A stretch of 64,000 nt of DNA from positions 1 to 64,000 of IMG/VR virus record IMGVR_UViG_3300037400_005963. One strand, given 5' to 3'. The notes under the pieces are model-generated. The model was not told where the DNA came from. It saw only the letters and a program-made list of their open reading frames with translations, and did no database searches. The DNA is from a virus (lineage: Duplodnaviria; Caudoviricetes). The translations under genes were made by a program, and so were the position numbers. This document shows positions 1-11,199 of this stretch, in pieces; the stretch's first letter is position 1; each line of letters starts with the position of its first letter.

Positions 1-2950
1 AACTACTTCGATAATTTCCTCCATCTCCCCAATTAATATCATTTATATTTTTCGGAACATAAAGTTTATGTTTAAAGTTACTGTTATTTGGAAATTGTAG
101 CGTTAATACAGAATCTTGATTTCCGCCTGATACTTCAACAAAAATTTTATAGATTCCTATCTTAGAAATAACTAATTCATCTAGTAAATCATCCCCATTT
201 TCTTGTTTCTTTAGGATTATATTAGTCGATTTACTGTGATGTCCAAAAATATATCTAGATGGATGTCGATTATATATGAAATATTTCCAATTCTTTTCTC
301 CATTTGTGGAAGATTTATATAAAGAAATTAAATCTGAATTAGAACCATCATTTTTACAAGTAACAAGTAGGTTCTTTAGACTAGAATCGAAAGTTAAAGT
401 TGAATTTATATAATCAGTACTGTTTTCATTCTCATAATCAAAACTAAACTGATTTGTACTATTTTCAAAAACTTCCCAAGAGGAGTAATCACTATCCTCT
501 ATTCCTAAAGAATTATATATATTATATGGAATTCCTGCATATTTTCCAGTCAACTCATCCTTCTGGGGGGAAATGGTAATAGTTTCACCGACTTCGTGTA
601 ATCGATTGGCTCCATCTAGCAACTTCAGTGGTGTGTCTTTTAAAAATGCACAATAGAAAGTTTCCATAAACTCCGAAGTATATTCGCTAGTGGAATCTTT
701 ATAAATGATTTTTAATTGAATAGCCGAATTCAGTGAACCTATTAGATCAATGCCCTTTCTCATGGTATTAGAATCATATGCAGTTTCATCGTCAAAACGA
801 AGACTGATCTCTAAATCTTCTGCATTAACGTCACCGCTCCGTCGAACAATTCTTAATCTACATTTTAAGCCGTAATCGATGGGTGTATCTTCATCATTTG
901 ATTCAGTCCTAGTTACTATTAATGTTTGAGTTCTCTCGTTGAGGTAATTAGATTCTGGAGAATATATTATACTAGAATCTGGCGGATCGTTTACTCCAGT
1001 TCTCCACTCTATTGGATAATCTACCCCATTAATGTGGAAAATCGCACTCCTTATTCTACTCTCAGGATTAATAGTAGATGCAAGTGTTCTTAATGTTTTT
1101 ACTTTGAACCAATTTTCAGAACTGTCGTAGCTAGCATTATCCTGACTCTTACCGAGTTCAAATAAGTACAGTCTATTACCTGTATCGTAGGTATAAATAG
1201 TACTACTGCTGATGGCTCGCTCAAATCCACCTACCCTGAAAGTTTGTGGAGATACTTGAGGAACTATGATACAAGAAGATTGATATATAGCTACTCTCCA
1301 ATTATCGGTTTCTAGAGCTTGAGTTCGAACCGTAAAATCTGGATCAAGGAATTTGTCACTCTCATCTCCTCGTACCTGGGTAAAAAGTACTATATCTTCG
1401 TTAAGAGAGTCACCTGTCAATTTATCAAAAAAGTACTCTCTTAAGTAATTATCAGAATCAGTTTGAATATTTTCTTTAAAATTCTCCGATATTTCCCAGG
1501 CTTCGTCCGGAGCATCTAATGAAGGAATCCTTAAATGAACCCTGGATGATCTAAGCACAGAAGAACCATCATTATCAATATCAATGGGGAGAACATATGC
1601 ACTACTGATGGGAGCGTAGTCCTTTATTACGATATTTTCCTGTTTTTCTAGATCTATTAGGCGATTACTATTATCGTATCTTTGAGGAATTATGTCAAGA
1701 CTGCTGGATCTTTGAATAAGATAAAAATTTAGTTTTCTTATTCTACCATTACCTTCCTCATCCTCTATTACTATTTGACTAGTATTGAGGATTGGTAAGA
1801 TTCGGAAATTATAGGGTCGCCAAGGATTTTCTGTATCATTATTTTCTTTTAATGCAGTAATTCTAATAGATATATAACTACTACCCTTACTTACCTTATA
1901 TTCTGCCTTAAAATATTCCCGATACTCATTACATAAAGTAAACTCTGTCCAATCTTCTACAGTTTTTCCCGAACGAAAACCCAAACTAGCCTCAAAAAAT
2001 ATTGTAGAATCTTTTTGGCTGGGCACAATATACAGTGGATATCCATTTTCATAATAGGTTTTTGTTCCATCTGTCGTGGTTATGATAGCAGTCTCATATT
2101 TTTCCAGAATTACGTAATTAGTAGATATTATAGAATTTATCGTCTCATCTAGATCTATGTAAAACAGTCGAGCATAGATTTTTTCCTTATAGGATGCATC
2201 TTCATCAGCATCGGTATTTGGATTTCGAACTACTAATTCTCCGGGAAGACTTCCACTACACTTTTCAAATTGAAAGTTTCTGGTATAATCTTTTAGACCT
2301 GACTTCACTAAGTTCTTCTCAGAATCATATAAATCATATGTGCACTCTCCATAGAAGTAGTAAGTTTTATTATTGGTACTCGAATTATCTAAGATATGAT
2401 AATTATTACTCGACGAAGAACTTAATACCTTACAATATATTGTCAATCCTGTATAGATCTTGTAATTTTTTTCATAATCTATCTTCAATTGACCGACTTT
2501 GTCTAAATAAGGACCTTCATTTTCATCTCTAATTGAGTTTTCATAGGAGTTTTTTGTTACATAATCTTTTTCTCCGCCACTTAAAATACTCTTTCCTAAA
2601 TGAACAGTCGATTCTTCCGTTGCTCGACGAAACTGTTCTGGAACATGAACATATAAACTCTCATTAGGCATACTAACTCTTACTATAATGGTAGAGCTAA
2701 TAGTGTTATGTATTCCACTTATAGTGAAAGCTTCTCCTCCCGTTCCAGTATCTAGATTTCTATAGAAAACTTTTATTGTTGTGGAAATAGAAGAGGCTAG
2801 TTCAATAGAGAATTCTACTACATTATCATCTTCGTCATATATATAACTATAACTAGTGACGCCATTCTTGATTTCAAAGATTATGTTTCCACCTACTAAT
2901 GATTCAAATCCTGCTGTATAGTTTATAACTATATTATTGTTCTCAATCAT
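1..2950 (-). CDS. Large putative baseplate/tail-fibre protein, 3'-truncated by the window edge (up to ~980 aa; not in the ORF track)
   Basis: ATG at 2950 overlaps the TGA of the upstream gene (ATGA). Manual translation of the first few hundred codons is open (MIENNNIVINYTAGFESLVGGNIIFEIKNG...). Its absence from the ORF track fits a frame that runs off the edge. Beta-rich composition; lies downstream of the baseplate wedge genes. Confidence 0.7.
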   Translation of the reverse strand, partial: MIENNNIVINYTAGFESLVGGNIIFEIKNGVTSYSYIYDEDDNVVEFSIELASSISTTIKVFYRNLDTGTGGEAFTISGIHNTISSTIIVRVSMPNESLYVHVPEQFRRATEESTVHLGKSILSGGEKDYVTKNSYENSIRDENEGPYLDKVGQLKIDYEKNYKIYTGLTIYCKVLSSSSSNNYHILDNSSTNNKTYYFYGECTYDLYDSEKNLVKSGLKDYTRNFQFEKCSGSLPGELVVRNPNTDADEDASYKEKIYARLFYIDLDETINSIISTNYVILEKYETAIITTTDGTKTYYENGYPLYIVPSQKDSTIFFEASLGFRSGKTVEDWTEFTLCNEYREYFKAEYKVSKGSSYISIRITALKENNDTENPWRPYNFRILPILNTSQIVIEDEEGNGRIRKLNFYLIQRSSSLDIIPQRYDNSNRLIDLEKQENIVIKDYAPISSAYVLPIDIDNDGSSVLRSSRVHLRIPSLDAPDEAWEISENFKENIQTDSDNYLREYFFDKLTGDSLNEDIVLFTQVRGDESDKFLDPDFTVRTQALETDNWRVAIYQSSCIIVPQVSPQTFRVGGFERAISSSTIYTYDTGNRLYLFELGKSQDNASYDSSENWFKVKTLRTLASTINPESRIRSAIFHINGVDYPIEWRTGVNDPPDSSIIYSPESNYLNERTQTLIVTRTESNDEDTPIDYGLKCRLRIVRRSGDVNAEDLEISLRFDDETAYDSNTMRKGIDLIGSLNSAIQLKIIYKDSTSEYTSEFMETFYCAFLKDTPLKLLDGANRLHEVGETITISPQKDELTGKYAGIPYNIYNSLGIEDSDYSSWEVFENSTNQFSFDYENENSTDYINSTLTFDSSLKNLLVTCKNDGSNSDLISLYKSSTNGEKNWKYFIYNRHPSRYIFGHHSKSTNIILKKQENGDDLLDELVISKIGIYKIFVEVSGGNQDSVLTLQFPNNSNFKHKLYVPKNINDINWGDGGNYRSS

Positions 2951-4500
2951 AAATAATCAATTGTTATATTATCCTTATCAAGGGTATATTCTACATAAAT
3001 TAATCCATCAATTGATCCAACTATTTTAGAAGTTCGCCCCTCATTTTCAAATTCAAGTGGGTAGCGATTTTTCCTATACAGACGTAAAGGTCCATTAATA
3101 ATTGTTGGAATATCGGATTCATCAATATATACTATTGTGTTATCCGTGAATTTATTTAGTAATCTAGAGTAGGGATATTTCAAGTCTATTTGACTCTTCA
3201 TCCCCGGAGTACAGAAAAATCCTTCCGAATTAATTAAATAAAGTTTTTTGTTATTTTCTCTAATTAAGGCAGTCTTATTATTTACTACATAAATTGAATC
3301 TGTTTTTTCAACTAAGATTGCCGAATGAGAGTTCGTTAGTATATTAATATTAAACTGATCTAAATTAAATAAAAACCAATCTCCAAAACTACAAATAACA
3401 AAAAGCTTTCCTTTAGAGTTTAATAGATTTACTGGAGAAATAAATAAATCTGAAGTCTTAGGCAAGTATTTCTGAAGTTCCGTCGTAGTATTGAAAGTTG
3501 ACTTTAGACAAGCCAACCTTCCTGAAAAGATATTAACTACAGGCCTTTCTTCGTCCGAATCGTCTATTGAACTTCCTTCTCCACTTGAAGTATTTAGATT
3601 AGATCGATAAACTTTATAATCATTCTTTCCTATTGCAAATGACCCTGTTCTAAATAAATCGAAATCATCGTTAGGATTATGACTTGGGTTATTTCCTCGA
3701 TAGTATCTCTTAGGACAATTACTACTTTGACCTAATTGACCATCATTAAGCTTCGAATATAATTCGTTCCCAGATAATCCATCTAAAATTAAAGAGTATA
3801 ATTGTTGTCCTTGATTAGTTATAACCAGTGGCTCATTATTTCTAGAGTATCCAAACCAATATTTATTATCTTCGTTTAATCGCGATTCTATTTTACTTAA
3901 ATTTATTTCCCTTAGTAATCTAAGGCTATAAGGTTCCATCGAATCGTCTTTAATGTAACCACTTCCATCGAGTTGACTTATCTGTTTGAATTTCAATAGA
4001 TATTTTTTAGTAAGATTGGAAATGTCAGTTATAGTAGTTAAATACTCGGTTTCGATGACTGAAGAACTTGATATAATAATTCCAGATAAATCTAAGACTA
4101 TTTCTTCAGGATAAATAGTTTCTGAATCGCTTATTCTCATATTACCCACAATATCACCTAACTTGGAATACCCGATGGGCAATTCCGTATTAAGTAACTC
4201 TGATTCTTGTAAGTACAGTATTACATCAAATCCATCCAAGGGAGCATAACCTAAATTTTCGGAGGGTATTATAGTAGCAAACCTATTTCCTAACTCTTCG
4301 TATCCAGTTCTAGGTGCTAACTTTGATGATTTATACTCTCCTCCAGATGAATTTTGCAAAACCTTTAATTGAAACAGTATATCAAATAGGTTATGTTCAT
4401 TTGGAATTAATTTAGTGAGTTTCGAATTATATGCTAAAATACAAGTACAAGAATCAAAATCCCCAATAAAGATTGTTTTATTAACTGTTCCAGTGTTCAT
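2947..4500 (-). CDS. Hypothetical virion protein (baseplate/fibre module)
   Basis: 517-aa ORF with ATGA overlaps on both sides; function from context only. Confidence 0.6.
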   Translation of the reverse strand: MNTGTVNKTIFIGDFDSCTCILAYNSKLTKLIPNEHNLFDILFQLKVLQNSSGGEYKSSKLAPRTGYEELGNRFATIIPSENLGYAPLDGFDVILYLQESELLNTELPIGYSKLGDIVGNMRISDSETIYPEEIVLDLSGIIISSSSVIETEYLTTITDISNLTKKYLLKFKQISQLDGSGYIKDDSMEPYSLRLLREINLSKIESRLNEDNKYWFGYSRNNEPLVITNQGQQLYSLILDGLSGNELYSKLNDGQLGQSSNCPKRYYRGNNPSHNPNDDFDLFRTGSFAIGKNDYKVYRSNLNTSSGEGSSIDDSDEERPVVNIFSGRLACLKSTFNTTTELQKYLPKTSDLFISPVNLLNSKGKLFVICSFGDWFLFNLDQFNINILTNSHSAILVEKTDSIYVVNNKTALIRENNKKLYLINSEGFFCTPGMKSQIDLKYPYSRLLNKFTDNTIVYIDESDIPTIINGPLRLYRKNRYPLEFENEGRTSKIVGSIDGLIYVEYTLDKDNITIDYL

Positions 4501-5273
4501 GAGATTTCAATTTCTTTTTTATAAATAACGCTGCATTTATATATTCTGCAATCCAATATATTTTTATTAACGGCAAATGTTCTTAATATGCCATTCATAC
4601 ACTCAATTATAATAGAATCTTCGTAATTTTTAACCGAGTTTTGGACTTGCCAGGTGGGGAACTCTATGCTATTCTCGGTATACTTAAAAAGTGTGGGATT
4701 CATGTCTATATTGGTAAAATCAACTCGCTGAATAATAGTGGGAAGATTTTCTTCACTAAACAGTATTTTTACTAATAGTTCATTTATTCTACAGGCATAT
4801 CCAGGTTCCACTATTCTTCTCAGAATATGTTCACAATTATAAGTACTAACATCTCTATCTAGTTCACTTACCAGATTGAATGGAAGATTCTCCGTGGGAA
4901 TTGAATTATACTTTGAAGTTGTATCTATAGTTAGATCATTAACATAGATTCCCTTATCATAGTATTTTAAAGTATTAGCCTCATCATTTCGAGAGATTTC
5001 GTATATTCTGTTTGAATTATAATTATAATAGGTTTTATTTAATGCTAAATTTCCCTCTGCATCAATTAATCTTTTTTCCGGAAACAAGAATTTGCGTTTT
5101 TCCAATTCAAACATCAGTTTTCCAAGAGTTAATGGAGAGTCTATATTACTGGCATCTATCTCTGAAAGAATATCTTCATTAATCGCCAAAATTGAATTGC
5201 CTTCATCATCAGTATCTATTCTAATTTTATCCACCTCTTCTCCCGTGGATCCAGTATTTATAATTGAAATCAT
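4497..5273 (-). CDS. Hypothetical virion protein (baseplate/fibre module)
   Basis: 258-aa ORF tightly packed in the operon. Confidence 0.6.
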   Translation of the reverse strand: MISIINTGSTGEEVDKIRIDTDDEGNSILAINEDILSEIDASNIDSPLTLGKLMFELEKRKFLFPEKRLIDAEGNLALNKTYYNYNSNRIYEISRNDEANTLKYYDKGIYVNDLTIDTTSKYNSIPTENLPFNLVSELDRDVSTYNCEHILRRIVEPGYACRINELLVKILFSEENLPTIIQRVDFTNIDMNPTLFKYTENSIEFPTWQVQNSVKNYEDSIIIECMNGILRTFAVNKNILDCRIYKCSVIYKKEIEIS

Positions 5274-5277
5274 TGTT

Positions 5278-6126
5278 CTATGATTTTAAACGTTCATAAT
5301 ACTCATCTAAGTTTTTTACAATGTTAAGGTATGCGTTACTTGCAGACATTGGTGCATTATTGTCCGGATTTTGTGAGCTACCGAGCACATTAGAGGTACT
5401 ACTGCCCTCATTACCATCCTGAGTACCACTTGAATAAACTTTACATTGACCTCTCCAAGTAGAAGTGCTTAATTTTTCGAAAGTTTCACCGTCGGGACTA
5501 ATTGAATATCTATAAAGAACTAAACCCGAAGATGGCTCTATTAATTCTTGTATTCTTATTAGTATACTCTCTAAACCTGCTGTTGTTGTATCGAGATAAG
5601 TAAGCTGTCTTAGTATTCCATTAATAGGAGGGGTTTCCTTAGTTCCTATGATTTTCTGCATAATAGTCTTATCTATTTTAAAATAAGCGCTATTAAGGTC
5701 TGGATATTCTAATATTACATCTAGCGGGTTGTCTGTATAAATACTCTTGGTATCATTTCCAAAATAATCCGTAAAAGTAATACTATCATTTATCACTCTA
5801 TTTGTTATAATACCTTCAAAATCAAGTCCAGATGATTGTGCATTTAGAATTTTTCTAAGAGTTCCCAAACTGACTGATTTCTGTAAGCTTTCTGAACTTG
5901 CATTTCCATTAACCATATCAACAAAGTCTTCATATGTTGCAAGTTCAGTAGAATTATATAGTTTAAAGTAATCCGGAAATAGAGAGCTTGGATCTAATCC
6001 GGTTACCTCTTTAAGAACTGTATAAATCATGTTATCTGAACCTATAACAAAATCTCCTTTTGTATAGGTTATCTCCGAATCATATTTATATATTCCCTGA
6101 ACAATTTTATCTTCACCTATTTTCAT
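5278..6126 (-). CDS. Putative baseplate/fibre-associated protein with an N-terminal carbohydrate-binding-like motif
   Basis: N-terminus GIYKYDSEITYTKGDFVIGSDNMIYTV resembles the Y-x-x-G-D-x-V (ChtBD3/CBM5-12-like) motif common in phage tail proteins. Confidence 0.5.
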   Translation of the reverse strand: MKIGEDKIVQGIYKYDSEITYTKGDFVIGSDNMIYTVLKEVTGLDPSSLFPDYFKLYNSTELATYEDFVDMVNGNASSESLQKSVSLGTLRKILNAQSSGLDFEGIITNRVINDSITFTDYFGNDTKSIYTDNPLDVILEYPDLNSAYFKIDKTIMQKIIGTKETPPINGILRQLTYLDTTTAGLESILIRIQELIEPSSGLVLYRYSISPDGETFEKLSTSTWRGQCKVYSSGTQDGNEGSSTSNVLGSSQNPDNNAPMSASNAYLNIVKNLDEYYERLKS

Positions 6127-6138
6127 GTAAGTAATATT

Positions 6139-8586
6139 TTAACCGTCATCTGTTGATGTTCTTAATCCAAAATAAATCTTCCTGTTTTCCTCTACAAAAT
6201 CTTTTAATTTAAAAAATCCAATGACTTCTGCAGTTACCTTTCCAAATTTTTTATTTATGTAGACATCGAAAACTGAACCCTCGTCGTTAAACTGTATATC
6301 GGCAATAATGTGCTTACCGGGCGGAATATTTGGGAAATATTTATTAAGATTTAAATCTAAAGAAACATGAGACTCTGTAATACCATCCTCCCAAGTTTCT
6401 TCTCCTAGCTCTCTGTAATTAACTATATCAACCTTCTTTTCAGTATTTCCACAACTCACCAAAACTTTTCCATAATATGTTTCCCAATTATTTGAAAATA
6501 GGGGAAAATCACCAATTATTGGAGTTATAGAGTTACATATAAAATATTTAGTATTAAAAGTGATATAGTATTTTCCATTAAGGTATTCTACAGGATATTT
6601 TCCAGCCTGTTTTAGTCTATTGTTTATATCAGAAAGAGATATCTGATTTTGTTCCCGGGTAGTAATCGTAAAATGATCTAAGTCATATAAATTAGGTATA
6701 TACTTCTCTTCTAAGCATTCGGATATGAATGAATGAAGTAGCATTTCTCCTGAATGGTGATCTTCGCTGTAGAGGGTATGTGTATTACTGTCTTTCATCA
6801 CATAAAATACTCCTTCTCCAACTACTTGTCCTTCTATATATAAAAGATCTATAATATCTTCATCATAATTGTATATAAAAGACCGGAGATTAGATACACT
6901 ATTAAAAGAAACCTGACTATTGTTAGCGTAGTTGATATAAAAATGCCCAAAACTCCATTCTATTGAGACTATTTCGTTGTCCAATGTATGCAAGTATTCT
7001 GAGAATTCCTCAAAGTTATACACCCCGCCATTCTTATCTATTGTCGTAATAAGATATTTATAATCAACAAAATTTATGTCCGCTATATCATAGGGGAGAG
7101 TAGTAATTATGCAATCTATAAACTCCCTTTTAGTATATGTAGTTACAGGGGATCCTTCTCCGAAATAAACATTGAAAGTGTCATTGTCTGGATTATAAGT
7201 TATATTCGTGGCCGTATTATTTGTGGAGCTAAATACATTAGATCTTATTACTAACATTGGAATATAACCCAGATTTCCACTTGAATCTCGATATATAAAA
7301 TATTTGGTATCGGTATCGGCTATATTTTCAATTCTTACCTTAGCGAAAAGTGTATTCCTGTCTGCATTTTCGTAATTATTTATATATCCATTATATCTAA
7401 GGTATTCATTAAAATATCCCTCACCGTACGTCAATACTTGATCAACTTTCTCAGTAAACACTACTTCATTAGAGTTTACTTCTTTTGCAGATATAATAGT
7501 GGTATAGGTTGCTTTTTCAATATAATCAAGAAATTCACTTTCGGAAAAATTTACCGTATTTACTAATTTAACTATATCCCCTTTAGTGTAAGTTTTATTG
7601 GGGCAGTATTCCAAAATTTTTCTTTCGCCCCAACTAGTTAAATCTCGATATTCAGTTTTATTCTGCCGGAGAGGAGTTCTTAAGTCTCCTGAAGATAGTA
7701 TAGTTCCACTAGTTAAATCTTTTGTAAATTTATCTAATGGAAAATATTTATATCTATTTATTCCACTTTCTTCCCTAAGGAGATATTTATCTAAATTTCT
7801 GTAGGGATTTTCTGAAGTTTCATAACCCAGCTGAACAATATTTATATTTTCTACTTCGCCACTTGGTAAAATAGTTAATAAGACTAATCTAAAATAGTCA
7901 CTTTCTTCATTCGAAAATTCTAACTTGACGGCAGCATTCTCCTGGATATATTTTAAGTAAGCTTTATATAATGGGTCCGTAATATTTACGGGAATTTCTG
8001 GCTCACCAATATCTGCATCTATAGTATGCGGTCTAATTGTTGTACTAGAAGACCTAGTCCTGATAATAGTAGGATGATAAATATCGTCATGAATATATGT
8101 CCAATTATTGATAAAACTTGACATAAATGAATGATTTAGTTCAGATATTCCAGCACCATTGAACACGTAGAAACTTTTATATCCTGGAGGTACTAAGTGA
8201 AGAAGTACAGTATTATTTTCCTGCATACAGGTTCCATAATATTTGGGTAAAAACCTTTCAATATCCCACTCATTATCTGACATGGTTGGAAATAAAACTT
8301 TTTCAAAACTAGATAAGATTTCCAACCTATTCCCTAAATATTTTTTATCCTCCGAACTTAGAAATTCTAAATTGGGGATATTATTATATATTTTTTTTGC
8401 AGGAACAAAATCTAAACCATATTCAGCAAGATCTCCAATTATACCTAGAAACTTAGTAGTACTGATTCTAGTAGATATATGAAAATTATCAGCAATATAC
8501 CCCCCAGTTGCTTCACTTATCCTCAACTTTGATAATAATATCGTTCCTGGAGTCGTTAGTTGTACATCTCCTGTTAAATTATTCAT
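6139..8586 (-). CDS. Large baseplate/tail-fibre attachment protein (putative)
   Basis: 815-aa ORF following the gp6/gp7-like wedge genes; internal YCPNKTYTKGDIV motif similar to that of the next gene. Confidence 0.55.
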   Translation of the reverse strand: MNNLTGDVQLTTPGTILLSKLRISEATGGYIADNFHISTRISTTKFLGIIGDLAEYGLDFVPAKKIYNNIPNLEFLSSEDKKYLGNRLEILSSFEKVLFPTMSDNEWDIERFLPKYYGTCMQENNTVLLHLVPPGYKSFYVFNGAGISELNHSFMSSFINNWTYIHDDIYHPTIIRTRSSSTTIRPHTIDADIGEPEIPVNITDPLYKAYLKYIQENAAVKLEFSNEESDYFRLVLLTILPSGEVENINIVQLGYETSENPYRNLDKYLLREESGINRYKYFPLDKFTKDLTSGTILSSGDLRTPLRQNKTEYRDLTSWGERKILEYCPNKTYTKGDIVKLVNTVNFSESEFLDYIEKATYTTIISAKEVNSNEVVFTEKVDQVLTYGEGYFNEYLRYNGYINNYENADRNTLFAKVRIENIADTDTKYFIYRDSSGNLGYIPMLVIRSNVFSSTNNTATNITYNPDNDTFNVYFGEGSPVTTYTKREFIDCIITTLPYDIADINFVDYKYLITTIDKNGGVYNFEEFSEYLHTLDNEIVSIEWSFGHFYINYANNSQVSFNSVSNLRSFIYNYDEDIIDLLYIEGQVVGEGVFYVMKDSNTHTLYSEDHHSGEMLLHSFISECLEEKYIPNLYDLDHFTITTREQNQISLSDINNRLKQAGKYPVEYLNGKYYITFNTKYFICNSITPIIGDFPLFSNNWETYYGKVLVSCGNTEKKVDIVNYRELGEETWEDGITESHVSLDLNLNKYFPNIPPGKHIIADIQFNDEGSVFDVYINKKFGKVTAEVIGFFKLKDFVEENRKIYFGLRTSTDDG

Positions 8587-9247
8587 AGTTGTATTTTATT
8601 TGATAAAACTTGTGTTCCGGTAGTGTTGTTACCTTCTCAGATTCAAAATCAATTTTTACAGTAACAGTAGAAATTTTTATTTCTAGCTTTTCAAAATAGA
8701 GAAGTGCACTAAGAAATTCTCTGAAACAGGATAAGAAAAGTTCCGAACAGTATAGGTCCACTAAGTCTTCATTATCTTTTGCCCACAGTACAATATTTAA
8801 GTTCTTTTTATCATACTTATATGTACAGTCCTTAGTTAGATATCCAAATTTCTTAAGGAGAACTAGAACCATTGGTGTACCTTTCACCATATAGAAATTC
8901 TCAGCAATGTAGTTGATTACACCATCCAAGTCAGTCATATAGGCTCCGAGATTTGGATAAACTGTTGTATCCAGTTCTTCATATTCGTCTTCATCATCTT
9001 CCTCTATATCATCGATTGGTTCTGTCTCTTCTTCCTCCTCAGTCATATCATCTTCATCTAGATCATCATCTAATCCATCTATATTTTTATAAAATAAAGT
9101 GATGAATTTTCTAACTGGGTCTACTTCTGTGTCAATTTCTTCAACTATTCCCCAGTCGGAGTAATCTTCATTAAATTGCTCTAGGAGTAATATTGCAGTA
9201 TCAATGAAGGGTAACTCTCGTATATTGTCTGGTATATAAATGTTCAT
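8579..9247 (-). CDS. Baseplate wedge protein, T4 gp7 / P2 gpI-like (putative)
   Basis: Directly follows the gp6-like gene; IAENFYMVKGT segment resembles the Y-x-x-K-G-T motif of gpI/gp7-type proteins; acidic insert. Confidence 0.55.
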   Translation of the reverse strand: MNIYIPDNIRELPFIDTAILLLEQFNEDYSDWGIVEEIDTEVDPVRKFITLFYKNIDGLDDDLDEDDMTEEEEETEPIDDIEEDDEDEYEELDTTVYPNLGAYMTDLDGVINYIAENFYMVKGTPMVLVLLKKFGYLTKDCTYKYDKKNLNIVLWAKDNEDLVDLYCSELFLSCFREFLSALLYFEKLEIKISTVTVKIDFESEKVTTLPEHKFYQIKYNYE

Positions 9248-10860
9248 GACCTAACGATAGTAGTTATAGTTACATTTATTTTATAATAGACTGATTCTGG
9301 TATATCTACGTCTTCTATATCTGTTATCAAATTTCCATACTCATCATAGTAGGTCAGAGAAAAGTCTGATATTTTTTTTACATTCGATATTTTACTAATA
9401 TTGGACTTGATCTCCTCAATTGTATCCTCATCAAATTTTATATTAAACTTTTTCTCGTATTTATCCTGAATCATGGGTTTTGTTATAAGCTCTGGATAAT
9501 CTTCACTAAGGTTTCTAAATAAATCTAATGTTATCTCAAAGTTTACAGTCCACTGAGCTCCCTTCTTTATGGAGATCGTATCTTTATCGGAATTTACTAC
9601 ATAATAGGCTAATCTCTTTGTCTTGAAATAGTCCATATCATACGGACTCAGCTCTTCACTATTAGGTATATAGAATATATCTAGAAAGTTAATCTCTCCT
9701 TGACTATAGAATTTATAATAAGTTGATCCCGATTTCACTTTTTCTGGAAATGTCTCTTCCAATATATAACCAATGTCAGAATTACTTCTTAGTATTGTAT
9801 TTAAATACCTACTTCTATTTGCCTTGTAGTGGATAGTAGATAATGTGTCCCTAGGTGTTTCTTTAATAAAAATGACACCGTTTTCTGGATATCCGTACTT
9901 TCCGTATAAAAAGTTAGCTTCCATTTCGGTATCAAAAGGAATTAAGTCACCTCCCTTTACAGTTAATCGTTGTAATTCACTAACATTATAAGAATCTAAG
10001 GTTGAGTATGTAAAAAATGTAGTTGATATTGGAGTATTTGTTATAATACCATCATTATCTTCAGAATCCCAACGTAATTGTGGAGTAGTATACATTTCTT
10101 CTTCCGAGTCTGCAAAATAATCAGTATCTCGATCTAAAATATAATCAGCAAAGTAAATTCTAGATCCATAGTCTGTTGTAGTTAGATCAAATACATTTTC
10201 CCTCGGATTTAAGATATGTTCTGAAAAATTCCTAGTTACTTTAGGTGCTTCTAGAGTTTCGCTTATTTTTACACAAACATCATTACTGATATCTCCCTCA
10301 GAACTCTCAATGTAATAGTTTTGATAAGAATTTGTAGTAAGATTTATAGTATGTTTTGAGGGCGATATAAACCCTACAATGAATTTTTCTCCTAAGTTTG
10401 CATTAGACAGGGTTAGGGCTCCTTCCCTATATGTCCAAGTATAAAGAGGTGGATCTTCCATCTCTACTTCGTCTACGTCACCTTCAGACCCCTCAGGATA
10501 AATTTGAGTATTTACTGTTTTTATATATTCTCCAAGGAAATAGACAGAGAAATTAGAAGATTTAACTATCTCATCGAAGGGCTTAAACGTAACTGGTCTT
10601 AGGAAGTTTACTTTAAAGACAACTCTAGGACAGTGACCTCTATATACGGAGTACATATTATCCATACAATGTTGAATCTTAGAATTTCTCAACATTGCTT
10701 TGTCTAAACTAGCCTCTCTAGTATAGGTAATATTTTCTACCTCACTGATATAAGAGGCATTTGCTAACAGTTGTACTAGGATATTTATACTCTCTCCAGT
10801 ATATCCTAACTTTTTTGCTACATTAGAGTAAGCATTTATATAATCGTTTAATGTTTTCAT
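9244..10860 (-). CDS. Baseplate wedge subunit, T4 gp6 / gpJ-like
   Basis: N-terminus GESINILVQLLA...TREASLDKAMLRNSKIQHC matches the gp6-family pattern (E-x-x-L-x-x-A-x-x-R-x-S); follows the gp25-like gene. Confidence 0.75.
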   Translation of the reverse strand: MKTLNDYINAYSNVAKKLGYTGESINILVQLLANASYISEVENITYTREASLDKAMLRNSKIQHCMDNMYSVYRGHCPRVVFKVNFLRPVTFKPFDEIVKSSNFSVYFLGEYIKTVNTQIYPEGSEGDVDEVEMEDPPLYTWTYREGALTLSNANLGEKFIVGFISPSKHTINLTTNSYQNYYIESSEGDISNDVCVKISETLEAPKVTRNFSEHILNPRENVFDLTTTDYGSRIYFADYILDRDTDYFADSEEEMYTTPQLRWDSEDNDGIITNTPISTTFFTYSTLDSYNVSELQRLTVKGGDLIPFDTEMEANFLYGKYGYPENGVIFIKETPRDTLSTIHYKANRSRYLNTILRSNSDIGYILEETFPEKVKSGSTYYKFYSQGEINFLDIFYIPNSEELSPYDMDYFKTKRLAYYVVNSDKDTISIKKGAQWTVNFEITLDLFRNLSEDYPELITKPMIQDKYEKKFNIKFDEDTIEEIKSNISKISNVKKISDFSLTYYDEYGNLITDIEDVDIPESVYYKINVTITTIVRS

Positions 10861-11186
10861 ATTTCTACATCAATTGATTCTTCGATTTCTTCATCTATTC
10901 TAACATTTATTCTAACTTTTGAATAACTGATTATATCAACGCCCGTTAACTCAATGTTTAAATTTACTGGCACTAATTCTCTCACCGAATTAACCAATCT
11001 CTCAGCTTTTTCCTGAATTTTCATAGGAAATTCGTCTTTATGAACTTCCCCCAAATAAAAATCAAAGCCGGTTGATGAATTGGGAACGTCGTTAGGATAA
11101 ACATGAAGCAGTATATTAAATAAATCTAAAACATAGTTTTCAACTCTTTCAGTTACTTTGCCAGTACTTAATACATATTTTGCCAT
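10857..11186 (-). CDS. Baseplate wedge/sheath initiator, gp25-like
   Basis: 109 aa; LLHVYPNDVPNSSTGFDF resembles the gp25 L-x-T-x-x-G-E-x-P-x-x-x-x-G motif; canonical position upstream of gp6. Confidence 0.6.
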   Translation of the reverse strand: MAKYVLSTGKVTERVENYVLDLFNILLHVYPNDVPNSSTGFDFYLGEVHKDEFPMKIQEKAERLVNSVRELVPVNLNIELTGVDIISYSKVRINVRIDEEIEESIDVEI

Positions 11187-11199
11187 ATCTTATTAAAAT